Notes: a model not told the origin generated them from the letters alone. Counted from the first letter of the whole stretch, positions 1 to 17,647 are shown. The stretch: 54,938 nt of DNA, filler included, from Porpidia crustulata (GCA_964255105.1; 3 parts of 3 records of this genome joined end to end with filler, not necessarily neighbours in it), one strand, 5' to 3'. Numbers and translations: made by a program.

Positions 1-1757
1 GCGTCGCAGTCTTCGAAGTCGAATTCGGGGGGGAGGGGGACGACTTGTTGGACTTGGCCGACGTGGCCTTCGAAGGTTTTGATGCAGGATTTTGTGTCAA
101 GGTCCCACAGGCGGACAGTGCAGTCGTCCGAGGCGGAGAAGACGGTCCGGGAGGCGGAGTCAACTTTGACGGAGTTGACCCAGTCGGTGTGGCCGCGGAG
201 AACGAAGGTGGATTTGTCTTCAAAATTCCAGATTTTGACGGTTTTGTCGCGGGAGCCGGAGACGAGGATGGTCGAATCGAAATGCAGAGTTATTACGCCA
301 TCACAATGGCCATTGTAGGTGGAGATACATTCTCCTGTGCGCCAGTTCCATACTTTGATCGTATGGTCAAGACTTCCGCTGATGAGCTTGGTATTGTCAA
401 ATTGAAGGCAGCGGATGCCGCTTGCGTGGCCTTGAAGGGTTCGGAGCTCTAATCCAGTATTAATGTCCCAGATCTTGATGCTGGCATCATAAGATCCGCT
501 GGCTAGAATATGGTCGTCAAATTGAAGACACATAACGCCGTTGGTGTGACCTTTAAATATTTTGGTAGAGCATCGGCCGTACTTCCAGTTTGTGCCAACC
601 TTGAATCTGTCTTTATAGACGTCCTTCCAAGGTCGAAAACGCGGTCTAAAATGCGAATCATCCAGATCCACCTTGCGCGGTGTGAGCATCTGTCGTCTTG
701 AATGGGAGCATGGGGCAGTGGTCGAGCCGTTCGCTGGTAATGTTTGAGTTTGTAGGTTCATATCTTCGGAAGAGCCATGGTCATGAGCTGCAGGTATAGC
801 CTCAGGAAATGGAGTGATGTTGGGTGACCATTCATTCAAGCCTCGACCAGTTGCACGCAATTGAATCTGCCTTTTCGAAGCCCTTAATTTCTTCCTCTCT
901 AAAAGCGGTAGCCCCCATCCACACTTCAAGCACTTTCTGTCAATATGCTGCTCACACATCTTGTGCCACACTACATCATCATCCGCTAGAAGCCTCCACC
1001 TCCGACATACTTGTGCGGCCTTACAGAGCGAGGTCGTGTCTAGATAACAAAGAATCTTGAACGATATCTCTGGAGGTAGTGCGCATAGAAAATCAAGTTT
1101 GATTAAATCGCGGACGTTGGAGGAAATGAAGGATAGCTGAGGAAAGCAACATTGGGTGAGAATGCCTTGGAGTATAAGATTTCGATGCTTTGAAGGTGCG
1201 GCAGAGAATAACGACCAAACGTGAGCTATTGCTTGTTGGTCACCCTGCGAGAGAACCTCAAGCTCCTATCTCCATGTTACTAACGATCCCGATCACGATA
1301 GACAAGCGATACTGACATGCTGTAACTGGTCCATTGAAGGTTCATTGACTTGCCGCCGACACTTCAAATCTGGTCGATGTCGATAGCAGTATTTCGTGTT
1401 GGTATCCTTACCTGTGGATATGTCGGATTGATCCACTCCACCCATCGGCCCATACTGCTGGGGAATATGTTCGGCTAAGAACGGAGCGACTGTTTGCGTT
1501 GCTTGCTTGGATGTAGCTGATATTGTTATGCTCTCTCCCTCTTCAGCCTCGTCTTCGCCACTCGCCTCAGGAAAGTGCGTAGCAAGATTTCTGTAACTTC
1601 GACTGTTATTAATTTCAGGGATGATTATGTGGGAAAAAGAAGTCCTGGGGGCATCAATGAAATCCTGCCCAGTAGATATTCGCCTCCTCTTTGTCTTTGA
1701 TGGACTCTCTACGTAGTCATACTCGTGGGCCATACTGCCCCCTCCGTGCTCATGCAT
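1..1757 (-). CDS. sconB: F-box/WD40 protein SconB/Met30 (SCF substrate adaptor for sulfur regulation); 3' end runs off the window
   Basis: Exon 1 (ATG 1757) contains [15 protein letters not shown]. After intron 1266-1316 come an F-box ([29 protein letters not shown]...[10 protein letters not shown]) and WD40 repeats ([12 protein letters not shown]...[12 protein letters not shown]). Confidence 0.93.
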
Positions 1758-2442
1758 AGCTAAAATGCGTTCGTTGGAGAGGATTTCTTGTCTATAACTT
1801 GAAGGAAAGGCGGTGACGACAGTGGTGCATAGAATTTCCAATCATCGAGCTCGTGTTGACTCTGTGATATTCGCAATCGATGGCGTGCGCAGACATGTAG
1901 CCTAAGAGACGTGGCGATCCGGCAACGAATGTCAACTGACATATCAAAGATGAGACATTGCAACAGAGACAACCAACGGTTGACGATCTGCCTTCGCTCG
2001 AGCTACAGGCGCTCGCACTTCTTCTTTTTATTTGTACCCTGGTATGAGAGTCCTTTAATATGACAGTTCAATCCCAGTCGAGGGGCTACCGTCGATACGC
2101 TAAGGCTTAGGACAGCGGGTTACCCGCCGCTAGAGGACAGTAGAGACCTCGGACCAACGAGCCAATCTACTTTACTTACGGTGCCTGATTAGCAAACATG
2201 TCAAATCTGTAGGCTCATCACAATATTGTGACAGATTATCTACGCAGCGTGCACTAGGGGTCATTTGTCTACGCCGGCACGCATGGGAAATTTGGAGAAG
2301 CCTTGATGCCCGCTCATCGTGCATTCAGCAATGAAAAGCTGAATCGAATAGGTCCGCCCGGCTTGCCCATCAATGTTGTGTCATCCAAGATAGGCGGGCT
2401 TTCTGATATACAAAGTCGTCACTTATATACCCTGTACCAAGA

Positions 2443-3894
2443 ATGGCATCCTCAACGGATAGCCTCCCCCCAGCCTTTACCTCTTCGAGTGTAACACCGC
2501 TAGATATCCTGGTTTCCAACCTTCTTGCCGCAAAACGCTCCCTCTCGTCCATCAACCATGTTGTGCGTGCCAATGAAATTGTGACGTCCACTCGCAAGTC
2601 CCTCGAAACAGGCGTCATAACCTCCGCCCGAATTGATTTTCTCCGGAGCGGCATGGACTCGCAAGTGAAGATCCTGATGCAAGTCCATGGTAGTACTGAG
2701 AGAGTGAGACGGGAGGGCGCCGAAGAATTTATGGCTGTGACGCAGAGCATCGACAAAGCGGATCAACGACTCAAGAAGACATTAGGCCGGCTAAGACAGA
2801 CCATAGTAGAGGCAAGATTGAGGCCGCCGGACGAAGACCCGAAGAGCTTGATGGACTTTGTAGATGAGAGTGGTGTTGACGGTCTTCTCACTACTTTGGA
2901 GGAATCTGTTAGCGCGGCTAGTGGTGCGCATGAAGCATTTGAGGCATCGAACAAAGCGCTTGACGATGATGTGCAAGGAGTAAAGAGGCTCCTGGGCGCG
3001 AGGGAGCAGGAACCGGAGGGTAGCTATATCGACCGAGACAAGAGGTCGCCAATGCCTGATATCTTACATGAAATGGAGGATCGCGCGAAGGACATGGCCG
3101 ATAATCTCGAGTCGCTCGTCAGACATTTTGACCTCTGCGTTACAGCAATTAGGTACACCGAAGGCGGGGGCGATGCGGCTCGACGCATTGCTGGCGATTT
3201 GCCCGAAGGAGTCAATATACAGCAGGAAGCTTCTAATGCGCCCCCCGAGCCGATTGGCGAAGAGGAGAGACTAGAGATGATGGAAATACTTGAGAAAGAC
3301 GCAAGTCAAGTCGAAGACGTAGTAACGGAGATTGCGGATCATATATCCGAGATGGAATCTCAGTATGAGGTGGTTACGGTATATATGGACCAGCTGGCTG
3401 AAGAGCAGTCAAGAATAATGGCCGCGTACAAAATGCTTGAAGACATTGGTCTTCGCCTGCCTGCATACGTGACACAGAAACAAGTATTTCTCATGCGCTG
3501 GGACGACGGAAAAGTCAAAATATCAGAGCACATGGAGGAACTTGATGGGTTGAGTGAGTTTTACAACGGCTTTCTTAGAGCTTACGATAATCTGCTGGTT
3601 GAGATTGGTAGAAGGAAAGCTCTAGAGTCGAATATGGAAGAGGTGGTTCGGGGAGCCATGGCAAAGATCGAGAAATTGTATGAAGACGATGCTGAAGAGA
3701 GGGAAGCCTTCAAGCAAGAGCAGGGAGATTTTCTACCAGTCGACATCTGGCCTGGATTGATGACTGGACCTCTCCAATATGACATTTCGCCAACTGCTGA
3801 CACAGTCGGGAATGTTCCCGATATATCGAAGTCTGTTCTCCAACAGGCGATACGGCGGGTGAGTGGGAATGCTGCACCCATTGTACGCAGGTAG
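2443..3894 (+). CDS. ATG17: Autophagy-related protein 17 (coiled-coil scaffold)
   Basis: Intronless 483-aa helical ORF with the Atg17-type motifs AKRSLSS, LESLVRHFDLC and FLPVDIWPGL. Confidence 0.88.
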   Translation: MASSTDSLPPAFTSSSVTPLDILVSNLLAAKRSLSSINHVVRANEIVTSTRKSLETGVITSARIDFLRSGMDSQVKILMQVHGSTERVRREGAEEFMAVTQSIDKADQRLKKTLGRLRQTIVEARLRPPDEDPKSLMDFVDESGVDGLLTTLEESVSAASGAHEAFEASNKALDDDVQGVKRLLGAREQEPEGSYIDRDKRSPMPDILHEMEDRAKDMADNLESLVRHFDLCVTAIRYTEGGGDAARRIAGDLPEGVNIQQEASNAPPEPIGEEERLEMMEILEKDASQVEDVVTEIADHISEMESQYEVVTVYMDQLAEEQSRIMAAYKMLEDIGLRLPAYVTQKQVFLMRWDDGKVKISEHMEELDGLSEFYNGFLRAYDNLLVEIGRRKALESNMEEVVRGAMAKIEKLYEDDAEEREAFKQEQGDFLPVDIWPGLMTGPLQYDISPTADTVGNVPDISKSVLQQAIRRVSGNAAPIVRR

Positions 3895-4293
3895 GAACAC
3901 AAGGCGAGCCAGCGCTCATTGTGTGAAATATAATACAAACAAGGCGTGGTATACGCTTTGGGTCCCTAGCCTAGACACTGAGTTTTACTCGATGATAGTT
4001 AGCCTTCATCAGCAGATAATTGTGCCAAGTATCAAATAATTGTAAGTGCTTCTCGGGGCTCTCTTTGTTCTGCATATAGCCATTGAAGGCCTACTTAGTC
4101 TCCATGACCGGACTCGCAGATGTGGTTTCATGTGGACCAGAAACTCTCCATCCGCGATGGATCGGATGAAGTGCGGATTTCATCACTGAAACAACATATG
4201 TACGTGAGGAGATGATAGCTCTGTACACACCTCATGAGAGTGCAAATCTCCAATGCACGAAGAACTTCAATACCAGTGTTGTAATTAAACTGT

Positions 4294-6006
4294 TCAGCCC
4301 TTACGTCTCGCAGAGCTGCTGACTAATTTCTTCTTGACATTCTTGGGCATCTTCTTCTCTCTCTGGGCTCGTTTTTCTTCTTTTACTTGCTGTTTGTGTT
4401 CCTTCTTGACACCTTTGTCCTCGAATCGCTTTCCACGTGGACCTTTCTTTGCGAAAAGATCCGACTCGTCATCATCGGCTCCGCTGTTCGTAGATAAATC
4501 GCAATTGGAGGCGTCTTTTGTTCCTTTAGAGCCTGGCACTGTTTCGTCTTTGGTTGCAGAAGGGTCTGAAGCTAGCTTCTCCGCTAGTAATTCGCGGTAT
4601 ACGAGATCATCCTGACCACCCTTTTCAACCTGCTGGACGTCTCTTTCAATGTCGTATACCTGGTCGAGGGTTTGCGGTATGTATTGGTTCCGGAAGACAT
4701 CGTTGTTGACCTCGACTTCTCCAGCGTCTTCGCCGTCGTCATTCGGTCTTTCTTCGTAGATCTTTTTTAATTCGTCAACCATGCCGGGTTGATCGACACT
4801 ACCCTGAACGGCCGTAATAAAACCAAACACTGTCCTCTCTGACAGAGTATCGATCCCTCTACGCTGGAAAAAATCGCTGATGTTCTTGATGTCGATCCGC
4901 AAGAACTCCAGGCTTTTAGGATGGTCGTGTTCAACACTTTGGCTTACATCAATGATCCACAGCTTTTCCTCATGATACAGAAGGTTGTATTCGCTCAGAT
5001 CTGCATGTACCAGACGTGCCGTCTGGTACAATATTCGCATGTAATTAAGAAGCTGTAGATAGAGCGATTTCCAAATAGCCTCAACGTCATTACCTTCAAG
5101 CTGGACATCTTTTAGACGAGGAGCCGGGATACCTCGTTTATCACCGATGAAACCCATAACAAGCACATGCAGTCGAAGATGAACAGGCTCAGGACATGGT
5201 ATACCTGAAGCATAAATACGTTTCAGATTCCTCATTTCTTTTTCCGCCCATACTTTCACCATAGCTCGGTTGTTGCTCTTACTATAACCCTGCTTGAACC
5301 GATATTCACCCGTCACATACTTATCCCTGTCCTTGAAAACCAAGATACTGGTTTTGTAAACCTTGATAGCCCTGTGGATAGGCGTCACGACAGCTTCTGA
5401 CCCGTGTTCTTGGGGCACTGAAAAGGCGTGGTAGACGTTGGCCTCCTTCCCAGTTGATAAACAGCCATTTACTTCAGATACAATGTTGCGGTTGATCATC
5501 TGAAGCAATATCATCCGGGTCCGTGGGTCAAGCACCTGTTCACTTGTTGCACGATCACTTTTATCCGCGGCTCTGTCATGTTTCCCGCCTAGTCCAGATT
5601 GCCTATCGTCGAGCTTTAATTTACCGGCGTGACGGGATAATGAGGTAACTTGATCATCAACAGACGCAAGAGTGTTTGCAGTCGGCTTTTGAGGATTCGA
5701 CCTAGGGAAAGTCGAATGAGGAGCATTTGGATTCGAGGCAACTTCGTTCAAACGGCGTTGACGATTATATGTCTTTGTAAAATCCGAAGGATTATAAAAA
5801 GAATGGTCTTCGTCATCCATATCGTCTCCCGCAAATATATCATCGTAGTCCTCGTCCTTCTCTTCGTCATCGTCTTGTGCTTGGCTAGGTGACATCGCTT
5901 CTGCACCGGCCGCAATGATTCCTTCGATATTATTCACATAACCATTTCCGGGTAAGAAATCATGCGTAGGAGCAAGGCCTGCAGCTGGGTCCTCAAAGCC
6001 TGACAT
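4294..6006 (-). CDS. RIO1: RIO1-family atypical Ser/Thr kinase (SudD-like)
   Basis: 570-aa ORF with DRATSEQVLDPRT, STGKEANVY, AIKVYKTSILVFKDR, LVHADLSEYN, IIDVSQSVE and a Lys-rich C-terminus. Confidence 0.96.
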   Translation of the reverse strand: MSGFEDPAAGLAPTHDFLPGNGYVNNIEGIIAAGAEAMSPSQAQDDDEEKDEDYDDIFAGDDMDDEDHSFYNPSDFTKTYNRQRRLNEVASNPNAPHSTFPRSNPQKPTANTLASVDDQVTSLSRHAGKLKLDDRQSGLGGKHDRAADKSDRATSEQVLDPRTRMILLQMINRNIVSEVNGCLSTGKEANVYHAFSVPQEHGSEAVVTPIHRAIKVYKTSILVFKDRDKYVTGEYRFKQGYSKSNNRAMVKVWAEKEMRNLKRIYASGIPCPEPVHLRLHVLVMGFIGDKRGIPAPRLKDVQLEGNDVEAIWKSLYLQLLNYMRILYQTARLVHADLSEYNLLYHEEKLWIIDVSQSVEHDHPKSLEFLRIDIKNISDFFQRRGIDTLSERTVFGFITAVQGSVDQPGMVDELKKIYEERPNDDGEDAGEVEVNNDVFRNQYIPQTLDQVYDIERDVQQVEKGGQDDLVYRELLAEKLASDPSATKDETVPGSKGTKDASNCDLSTNSGADDDESDLFAKKGPRGKRFEDKGVKKEHKQQVKEEKRAQREKKMPKNVKKKLVSSSARRKG

Positions 6007-6244
6007 TGCTTCTTAGAGGAGGTATATTCTGCCCGAGATCCCAGAATGTTAATGCCGAAAATGATAATGGCTTATATTGAAGTGTATTTCGATTGCTCCG
6101 GGTGAAGAGTGTTTGACTTATTCTTTACACATGCTTGGTAGAAGTACCGGCAATGCCTACAATGGCCAGTTAGTCAGTGATAAATTTATAGTATTCCAAT
6201 TCTTTCTTCGGAACGCCATATCGCTCCCCATCATTGTGCCCCGC

Positions 6245-6352
6245 AGCACGCGGGCAACCCTAAATCACGGCGCGTCTCTCGCGTAATCACCTGTCCCAAT
6301 GCCCATTTGACATTCATTTGACAGACAGACGACAGAAGACAAAAGCGCGAAG
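6245..6352. promoter_or_regulatory. Cluster of MCB-like CGCG elements in the RIO1/SMC3 bidirectional promoter
   Basis: ACGCGG, GCGCGT, TCGCGT and AGCGCGAA lie within about 110 bp. SMC3 orthologues are classic G1/S (MBF) targets. Confidence 0.45.
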
Positions 6353-6433
6353 TCAATAGATTCCACCTTGGTACCATTGCATGCCGGCCTTGACTCCACA
6401 ATCGACGGATTATGCGTCCACGTCCAGTACAAC

Positions 6434-10324
<3,891 letters not shown>

Positions 10325-11086
10325 AGAAATAAGGGAAATGGGAAAGGAGAAGGGCGTACGCGTAAGATACCACGGGCTTCTGCAGTGCGATGTGTATGTC
10401 CGGAAATGCAACCATGACGGGGCGAGATAGCAGGATACCACTAATTCAGGAGATCGGAGTTTCGCTACGTAGCTAGAGAAGTGTAGAACTCGACTTGCTG
10501 TAGATGAACTATATCGAGCACGCTTTTGCCTTAATGAGCCACATCATGATGACACAGAGAGAACTCTGGCTGGACGGCTTAGTATTCGAGTACCTGGCAC
10601 GTCTGCTGGCCTGGCACGCCTGGGACCCCCGTGCCACTAAGCCACTGTCCTACGCGAGCGTGATTATCGCCTACCGCACCCTATACGGATACCAGTAACC
10701 TTCCTACAATACAAATATATCCGCTAAAACAACCAAACACCACCCAAAATCACCCCCCAAGAACCACACCCCTGAAACCGGTCGCTTTCTGACTTGGAAA
10801 TCGAAGAGTCAATTTCTGCCTAGCCATTCGTTACTTCTGTGATTTTTTCAGCAACCCCGACACGGCTTAGCGGGGGCCCATTCCCGCCAGATCACTGCTG
10901 CGGCAAATGAAGTATTTAACCTGCTGATTTCCTGCTCTTTCAATTACTTATTTTTACAACTTCTCAACGCCTAGATTCGCAAGTGAGGAATCACATTAAT
11001 CTTGAAGGGTTTTTTCTCGAAATTATTCGCATTTTATCGATTTCGGTACATCCGATAGCTCGAAGTGTTCTCGCAAATCTTCCATC

Positions 11087-11865
<779 letters not shown>

Positions 11866-12287
11866 ATTTGGTCGACTGCACGGACGATGGAATTAGAAAT
11901 GGGAAATGGTGCGAGTCGGATTTGTACTCGCGTTATTGGCTGCTTCACATATGACACTTGAACGAATCAATGGCTCTGCTTGCTGAAAGGATCTAATCCT
12001 CGAAATTTACCAGTGTCTATTTCAAGATATAATTCATACATGTACCTTCTATTAAACGATCACTCCTTGATCACGCTTAGTCACAAGTTAATCTATTAGT
12101 TCCTCCAAATGGATCTATGATCTCCCATCAGACTGCGAATGTAGCAGATGCAAATCGCGTATTAACAGGATTGGTAGTCGCTTATTGTTGCCGTCTATTG
12201 GGGACTATGGACTAGTGAAATATAACAGCTTTTCGATAATCTATTTGGGCAAAAAGCGTAGTGGGATGAGAGCCCCAATTTCATGTT

Positions 12288-13501
12288 ATGTCGCACAGTA
12301 AGTTTATATTCTCCTTCTTGAAACCAACGTATTTACTTCATGTCTAGGCAAGCGTAACACCTCCCTCGCCTTTTTCACGTCGCATGAAAGATCACTCCTC
12401 AAATCTACATGGGGTTCGCAAGCCACCCGTTTGTCGCGCGATTCCTTTCTTCCCTTTGCATCATGCCAGCTATGCCTACAGATCGCTAGAGATCCCGTAG
12501 CATGTGCCTCGAATGGTGATATATTCTGTCGAGAATGCATAGTAAACAATTTATTGGCGCAGAGAAAGGAGATTAGGAGGTTGGAGAAAGAAGATGCAAG
12601 ACGGCGCAAGGAAGAGGAAGAGGGCGAGAGAAAGCGGGGCGAGGAAGAGAAGGGAAGGGCGGTCGAGGATTTTGAGAGAGTTATGATGGGGATGGAGGGT
12701 GGGGTGAAGAAAACTCCTACTGCGACCCAGGCCGAGACAGAGGGCGAGGCCGGAATCAAAGGCGGTAGAGGCGTCAAGCGGAAGTTTGAGCTGGACGAGG
12801 ATGAGGTATTAAAAAATGCAATGGAAGAGAGGGTGAAGGCAAGGAAAGCTCTAGACGCGGAGAAGGTATTTTAACCCAGCATCATAGAGGCTATGTCGTG
12901 ATCTGAAAACCCATATGGCTAACCAGTTTTCTAGGCGGCCAAACCGAGCCTGCCCTCGTTTTGGGTGCCGTCACTGACCCCCTCGTCCGCCAAGAATCTC
13001 CCACTAAAGGCTCTCAAACTATCCTCATTGTGCCCTGCCTCCTCTCCTGGTCATCCTCATCCTCTATCTCTCAAATCCCTGATCCCAATTACCTTCAGTA
13101 CATCTTCCTCTAGCCTTACCACATCCCGCTCCGAGTCTTTGCCAGTCATCTGTCCTGCCTGCAATAAGGGCCTTAGCAATACCATCAAAGCCGTCCTTAC
13201 TATTCCCTGTGGTCACGTCCTCTGCAAACCCTGCGCTGCGAAATTCATGTCTCCAGCAAAGGACCCACCAGACCCTCATACGTCCATCGCAGAGCAAAAA
13301 GAATACAATCGAGTTCTATGTTATGTTTGCGAGACTGACCTTATTGGCAAGGGAGCTGGGATAGACGACGAAAGCACAGAGCCACGAACGAAGGACAAGA
13401 AGGGTAAGCTGGGATTGGTGGAAATTAACAGTGAAGGCACTGGATTTGCGGGTGGGGGCAAGAATATGGCTACCAGGGAAGGTGTGGCATTTCAATGTTA
13501 A
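12288..13501 (+). CDS. NOSIP-like RING-finger protein; 3 exons
   Basis: Spliced start MSHSKRNTSLAFFTSHER, N-terminal CQLC...FCREC, LPSFWVPSLTP, C-terminal RING CPAC...CGHVLCKPC...CYVC, and ending GTGFAGGG...AFQC. Confidence 0.85.
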
Positions 13502-13784
13502 AGATAATCGGTCCAGCATCGTGCCCGTGTTTCTATTATGCATGGTAGGCTCTCGCGTTATCCGAAAGTAAGCCACATGGAAAGAAAAATAGTGACCCAA
13601 AGTACAACCAATCTGGTGAGCTTCACCATCAAGTCCAACTTGAAAAGTTCTATCAAGAATTTACAGAAAGAATTCACGTAAGAACGTGAGGAAACCACAT
13701 CCAATAGTGGCGAAGCCGCTTTGCTAAACGCCTATAACCCACCAATCTTCGACTTTGTATAATGCCTATTCAGCGCCACCAGAT

Positions 13785-14791
13785 TCATCTTTGCTGGTAA
13801 TGATCTCTCGCAAGACCAATCAATTGCTTGATAGGACCACCTCTTCTACCACCTCTGCGGGCTTCTCTTCTGGGAAGTTGCTCGGGGAAGCCATGGTCAG
13901 CACGTCCGTTCTGCTGAATGACTCCCAGAGGCGCCGAGCCATTTCCTTCGACTCCGAGATTGTCATATCCGTAACCGGGGCTCTTCTGGACCGGAGCTCC
14001 AATGCTAGGACGGGGAAGGACGCGCAAGCTCAAACCAATGCCCAGAAGAACGACGACCACCACAGCTTCCTCAAGTACTGCCATACATAGGTTTATGGTC
14101 ACTGAGCCAGATATGGAACTGAATTGCTTGTTTTTGGTGAAAGCGCCAAGGAGCGAGTAGAGCAGGCGCACGAATACAAACGGCGCGGAGACTGCTACAG
14201 CAAGGAGGAGCCTTTTTTCACCCTGTTCTACGGATGCTATCCTCATCGCGATGCCAGCCAGTAGAGCGCATAGTCCAAGCCATGCGACGAGAAAGAGGAT
14301 GACGCCAATCTTGGTTTTGCGGTCGACTGTTCCGGGAACGGCGGCAGTGCTGCTGTTAATGCCGCCGATGATGGCGAGGATAATGCCAGCCAACGAGATG
14401 AGTTGGATCAGACGGAAGATCATATTATGCAAAGGGCGCGTGCTGCATGCATTGCTTTGGATCAATCAGCCAATGTCTTCGATACCGCGCTGGGAAGCCG
14501 GGGTAAAACTCACGCTCGGGACAAAAGGCCTACACAGGCGAAAATTAGGGTGGAAAGGCCGATGGATGCGCAGATGAAGGTCGCTGTTGCGATACCTCTG
14601 GAGTGGTTCGTAATTGTGTCAAGCTGGCAGGACGCGCCCACAATGCGAGCGACGCAAAGGAGGACGAGGTAGATCCAGCCAGAGGTTCTTCCAATGCCGT
14701 GGCGGAAACAAATGTACAAAGCAAGGAAGATACATGGAATATAGATGAGAAGCTCTAAGACGGCGACGCCATCGCGGTAAGTGAAAGCCAT
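13785..14791 (-). CDS. Multi-pass (about 7 TM) fungal membrane protein of unknown function; 2 exons
   Basis: ORFs 14510-14809 and 13785-14465 join through a GTGAGT...AAG intron. About seven hydrophobic helices, a PFVFVRLLYS motif and an Arg/Gly-rich tail. Confidence 0.8.
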
Positions 14792-15816
14792 AGAGAAGAG
14801 TTTTCGCAAGGGGAAAGAAAGCGATCAATGTTTCGCGACAATCCAAAATAGTCAAATTCAACGGAGAAGGTCAAGGTTGGCAGCGTGAGTCTGCTTCAAA
14901 ATTATATCCGTGGGATCCCATATTGATTATATACACAACAATCATCAATTCGCCCATGAAACACTCGTCAAGAGCATACCGTGTGTGGGTAGGAGGAGTT
15001 GAGGCTTCTATGTCCCAAATGGGATAGCATGGCGAAATGAGCAGCACTACGGAGGGTGGGAGGGGTCAACCGTATCACTTAGCAACATGGCGGAAGATTA
15101 GAGTAAGGGTGAGATCAATAGGGTATCACGACAGCATGCAATTCGGATTCGCTTTGACGCAGACTTCTCAGCTGCTGCTTTGCCTCCTCCTTAATCATCG
15201 AAGCTCGAACCGTGGCGGTTGCATTTTCGGCGAAGGCGGCATGTTATTAGTCTAGTCATCTAGCGGATCACCATATCTTACAACTGAAGGGATGAAGCTG
15301 GGAGTCTTTCAATTACGAAAGTCACAATAATCTTTTAAGCATAATTAAACAGCCATTCGAACATATCAAAGCTAAATATAACAACGCTGTTCTAAAAGAG
15401 ATTTTCGCTTGGATGACTAAAGCTCTACTCGTATACCTTTAGGTAAGGTAGTAAGGTTCTGTCACCGTCGTGACTGATGTATTCTCTAGGTACCACACAG
15501 AATGTTATATAAGCCTTGACATGTATACCGCTTAATCATGAGATGCTAGACCCCGCAGCCATGGCTTATACCTTCCACAGCGTCAGCTTCATTAGAAGTT
15601 CTCACTGCCTTTGGCCTTGAACAAGAGTGGCGGAGCCAATCACTGCGGTACTCGCAACGCATTCCCAATCGGGTCTAATCTTGGCCGCAGATGGACTACT
15701 CCCATTTTCTACTTAATCATCTTTCGTCTTGAAGTTGCGAATATTAGCATCATATCGCTCTGCAAACTCCATTGAGTCGTGGCTCATCGCTCAGTACGTC
15801 TATCAAGCCTTTCGCA

Positions 15817-17647
15817 ATGGTCTTCTGCGGTAAGCCTAGCAAAGGATGTGATGCTTGTCGGGAAAGAAAGGTTAAAGTATGTATTTCTGCTGTCCATGAA
15901 CGAAGTAGCTTTCGCTCTGCATGCCTCACTCGATCATGTATATATTTTCTGACTAGTCGTTAGTGTGACCAAGAAAAGCCGGCATGTAAACGGTGTCTCA
16001 AAGCTGGTCGTGTTTGCCCTGGCTATAGAGACCCCCTGAATTTGGCTTTTCGAGACCAAAGTCAAGATGTGAGACGCAAAGCACATGTTCGGCAAGATGC
16101 TCCTTCTCGACAGAGTTCCCGAAAAGCGACTCCTGCACTGGAGGTCTCCACGGATCTTGTGCAGTCGTCTAGAAGCACTACCAAATCACCACTTTCATCA
16201 GACCTCACGCTTTCCCCTCGGCCTCTCTCAACGTCTATTAGTGATCGAGCAAAATGCTACTTCTTCCACAACTTCGTAGTGGTTGATCAAGGTATCTCGA
16301 AAGGCCACCTAGATGAACTACCCGCCCTGGTCAAGCATTATGGCAATGGTGCCCTAATGGCTACCGTCACTTGCGTGGGCATGGCAGGGCTAGCAAATAC
16401 CAGGCATGCTCCACAAGTCATGTTCGCTGCCCGGCAGATCTATGCAAGAGCGCTACGATTGATTAACGCTGCACTGCGAGACCCCATCGAATCGAAGACA
16501 GACCAGACGCTTTCCGCCGTCTTATTACTTGGTTTGTTTGAAGTAAACCGACCTTTGAGCAGCACTAGAAAGCGAAGAAATACTTACGATTTTTCAGATA
16601 ATTACATGTAGTAGTGAAAAAAACATAGAGTCTTGGACAAATCACATCGATGGAGCTGCGTCTCTGTTACGCTTCCGGGGCCCAGAGCAACTCCGTACCA
16701 GGACAGGACTTACTATGTTCATGCAATGTCGCTCTCAGATTGTACGTGTGTCCTATCCCGTACACATCAGCGCTGACAATTAAACAGCTCATCAGCAGCC
16801 TCCAACGAGGGAGGAAGGTATGTCATAATATACTATAAACCCCAGGTCAAGCTAATCTCATCAGGTGAATGTTCCCATACTTGAATGGGGCGATATAGCC
16901 AACTATTATCAAACCGAACATGCATTACCCGCCCACCGCCTATCACTCATTGTTGCCAGATTTAGCGATTTACGTGCTGCTGTATTGCAAAAGAAGGTTA
17001 CCGACTTCTCCACTATCGTCCTTTCCTTCCTCTCCATCGAAGCTGCGCTGGCTGAGTGGGTCACACTTCTGCCTGAAAGATGGACTTATACCATAATCGA
17101 TTCGATAACAGATGTCGACAAGACTTATGGGAACCAATATCACGTTTATGCGGATTCCTGGATAGCACCCGTCTGGAATAGCTATCGATCCGTGCGCATG
17201 CTTTGCAACGAATTTATCCTAGGGCACCTGGCCCATCTACCTTCATCGCCTGCTCTGTCTGTCGGAATAGATTGGAGCGCTCAGGCCCGCTTGTCGCGCA
17301 GTCTTGTCAACCAGCTTGCCTCCGATGTCTGCATGTCTGTCCCATACCTGCTTGGACTACCCGAAATCGAAGACGGCCGGATGATTTTCTCCTCGCCCGC
17401 TTTGTACGGCTTTTACCTTCTCTGGCCACTGTTCTGTGCTGGGACTGCAGTAGGAGCGCCCAGGGCGCTTCAGCTGTGGACCATACGGCTTTTAGATGGT
17501 ATCGGCTACAGTATGGGCATTGAACAAGCAACAGCATTAGCGGATATGATTCGCGCTCGTATTAACTCTCCCTCGACAAGCATTGTTGAAGAAAGTCACG
17601 AGGCCGAGTCCCAGGAACATACTTCTGAAGCTCCCAACAGCGGCTAG
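15817..17647 (+). CDS. Zn(II)2Cys6 fungal transcription factor; 5 exons
   Basis: MVFCGKPSKGCDACRERKVK|CDQEKPACKRCLKAGRVCPGY zinc cluster split by an intron, then a fungal TF middle region (LLLGLFE...WTNHIDGA, WNSYRSVR, LLWPL). Confidence 0.92.

Noticed and set aside
45..452. 135-aa plus-strand ORF and many similar shadow ORFs (e.g. 53508-54221, 38343-38843, 35944-36402)
   Set aside because: They are antisense or alternate-frame to well-supported conserved genes and show no independent motifs.
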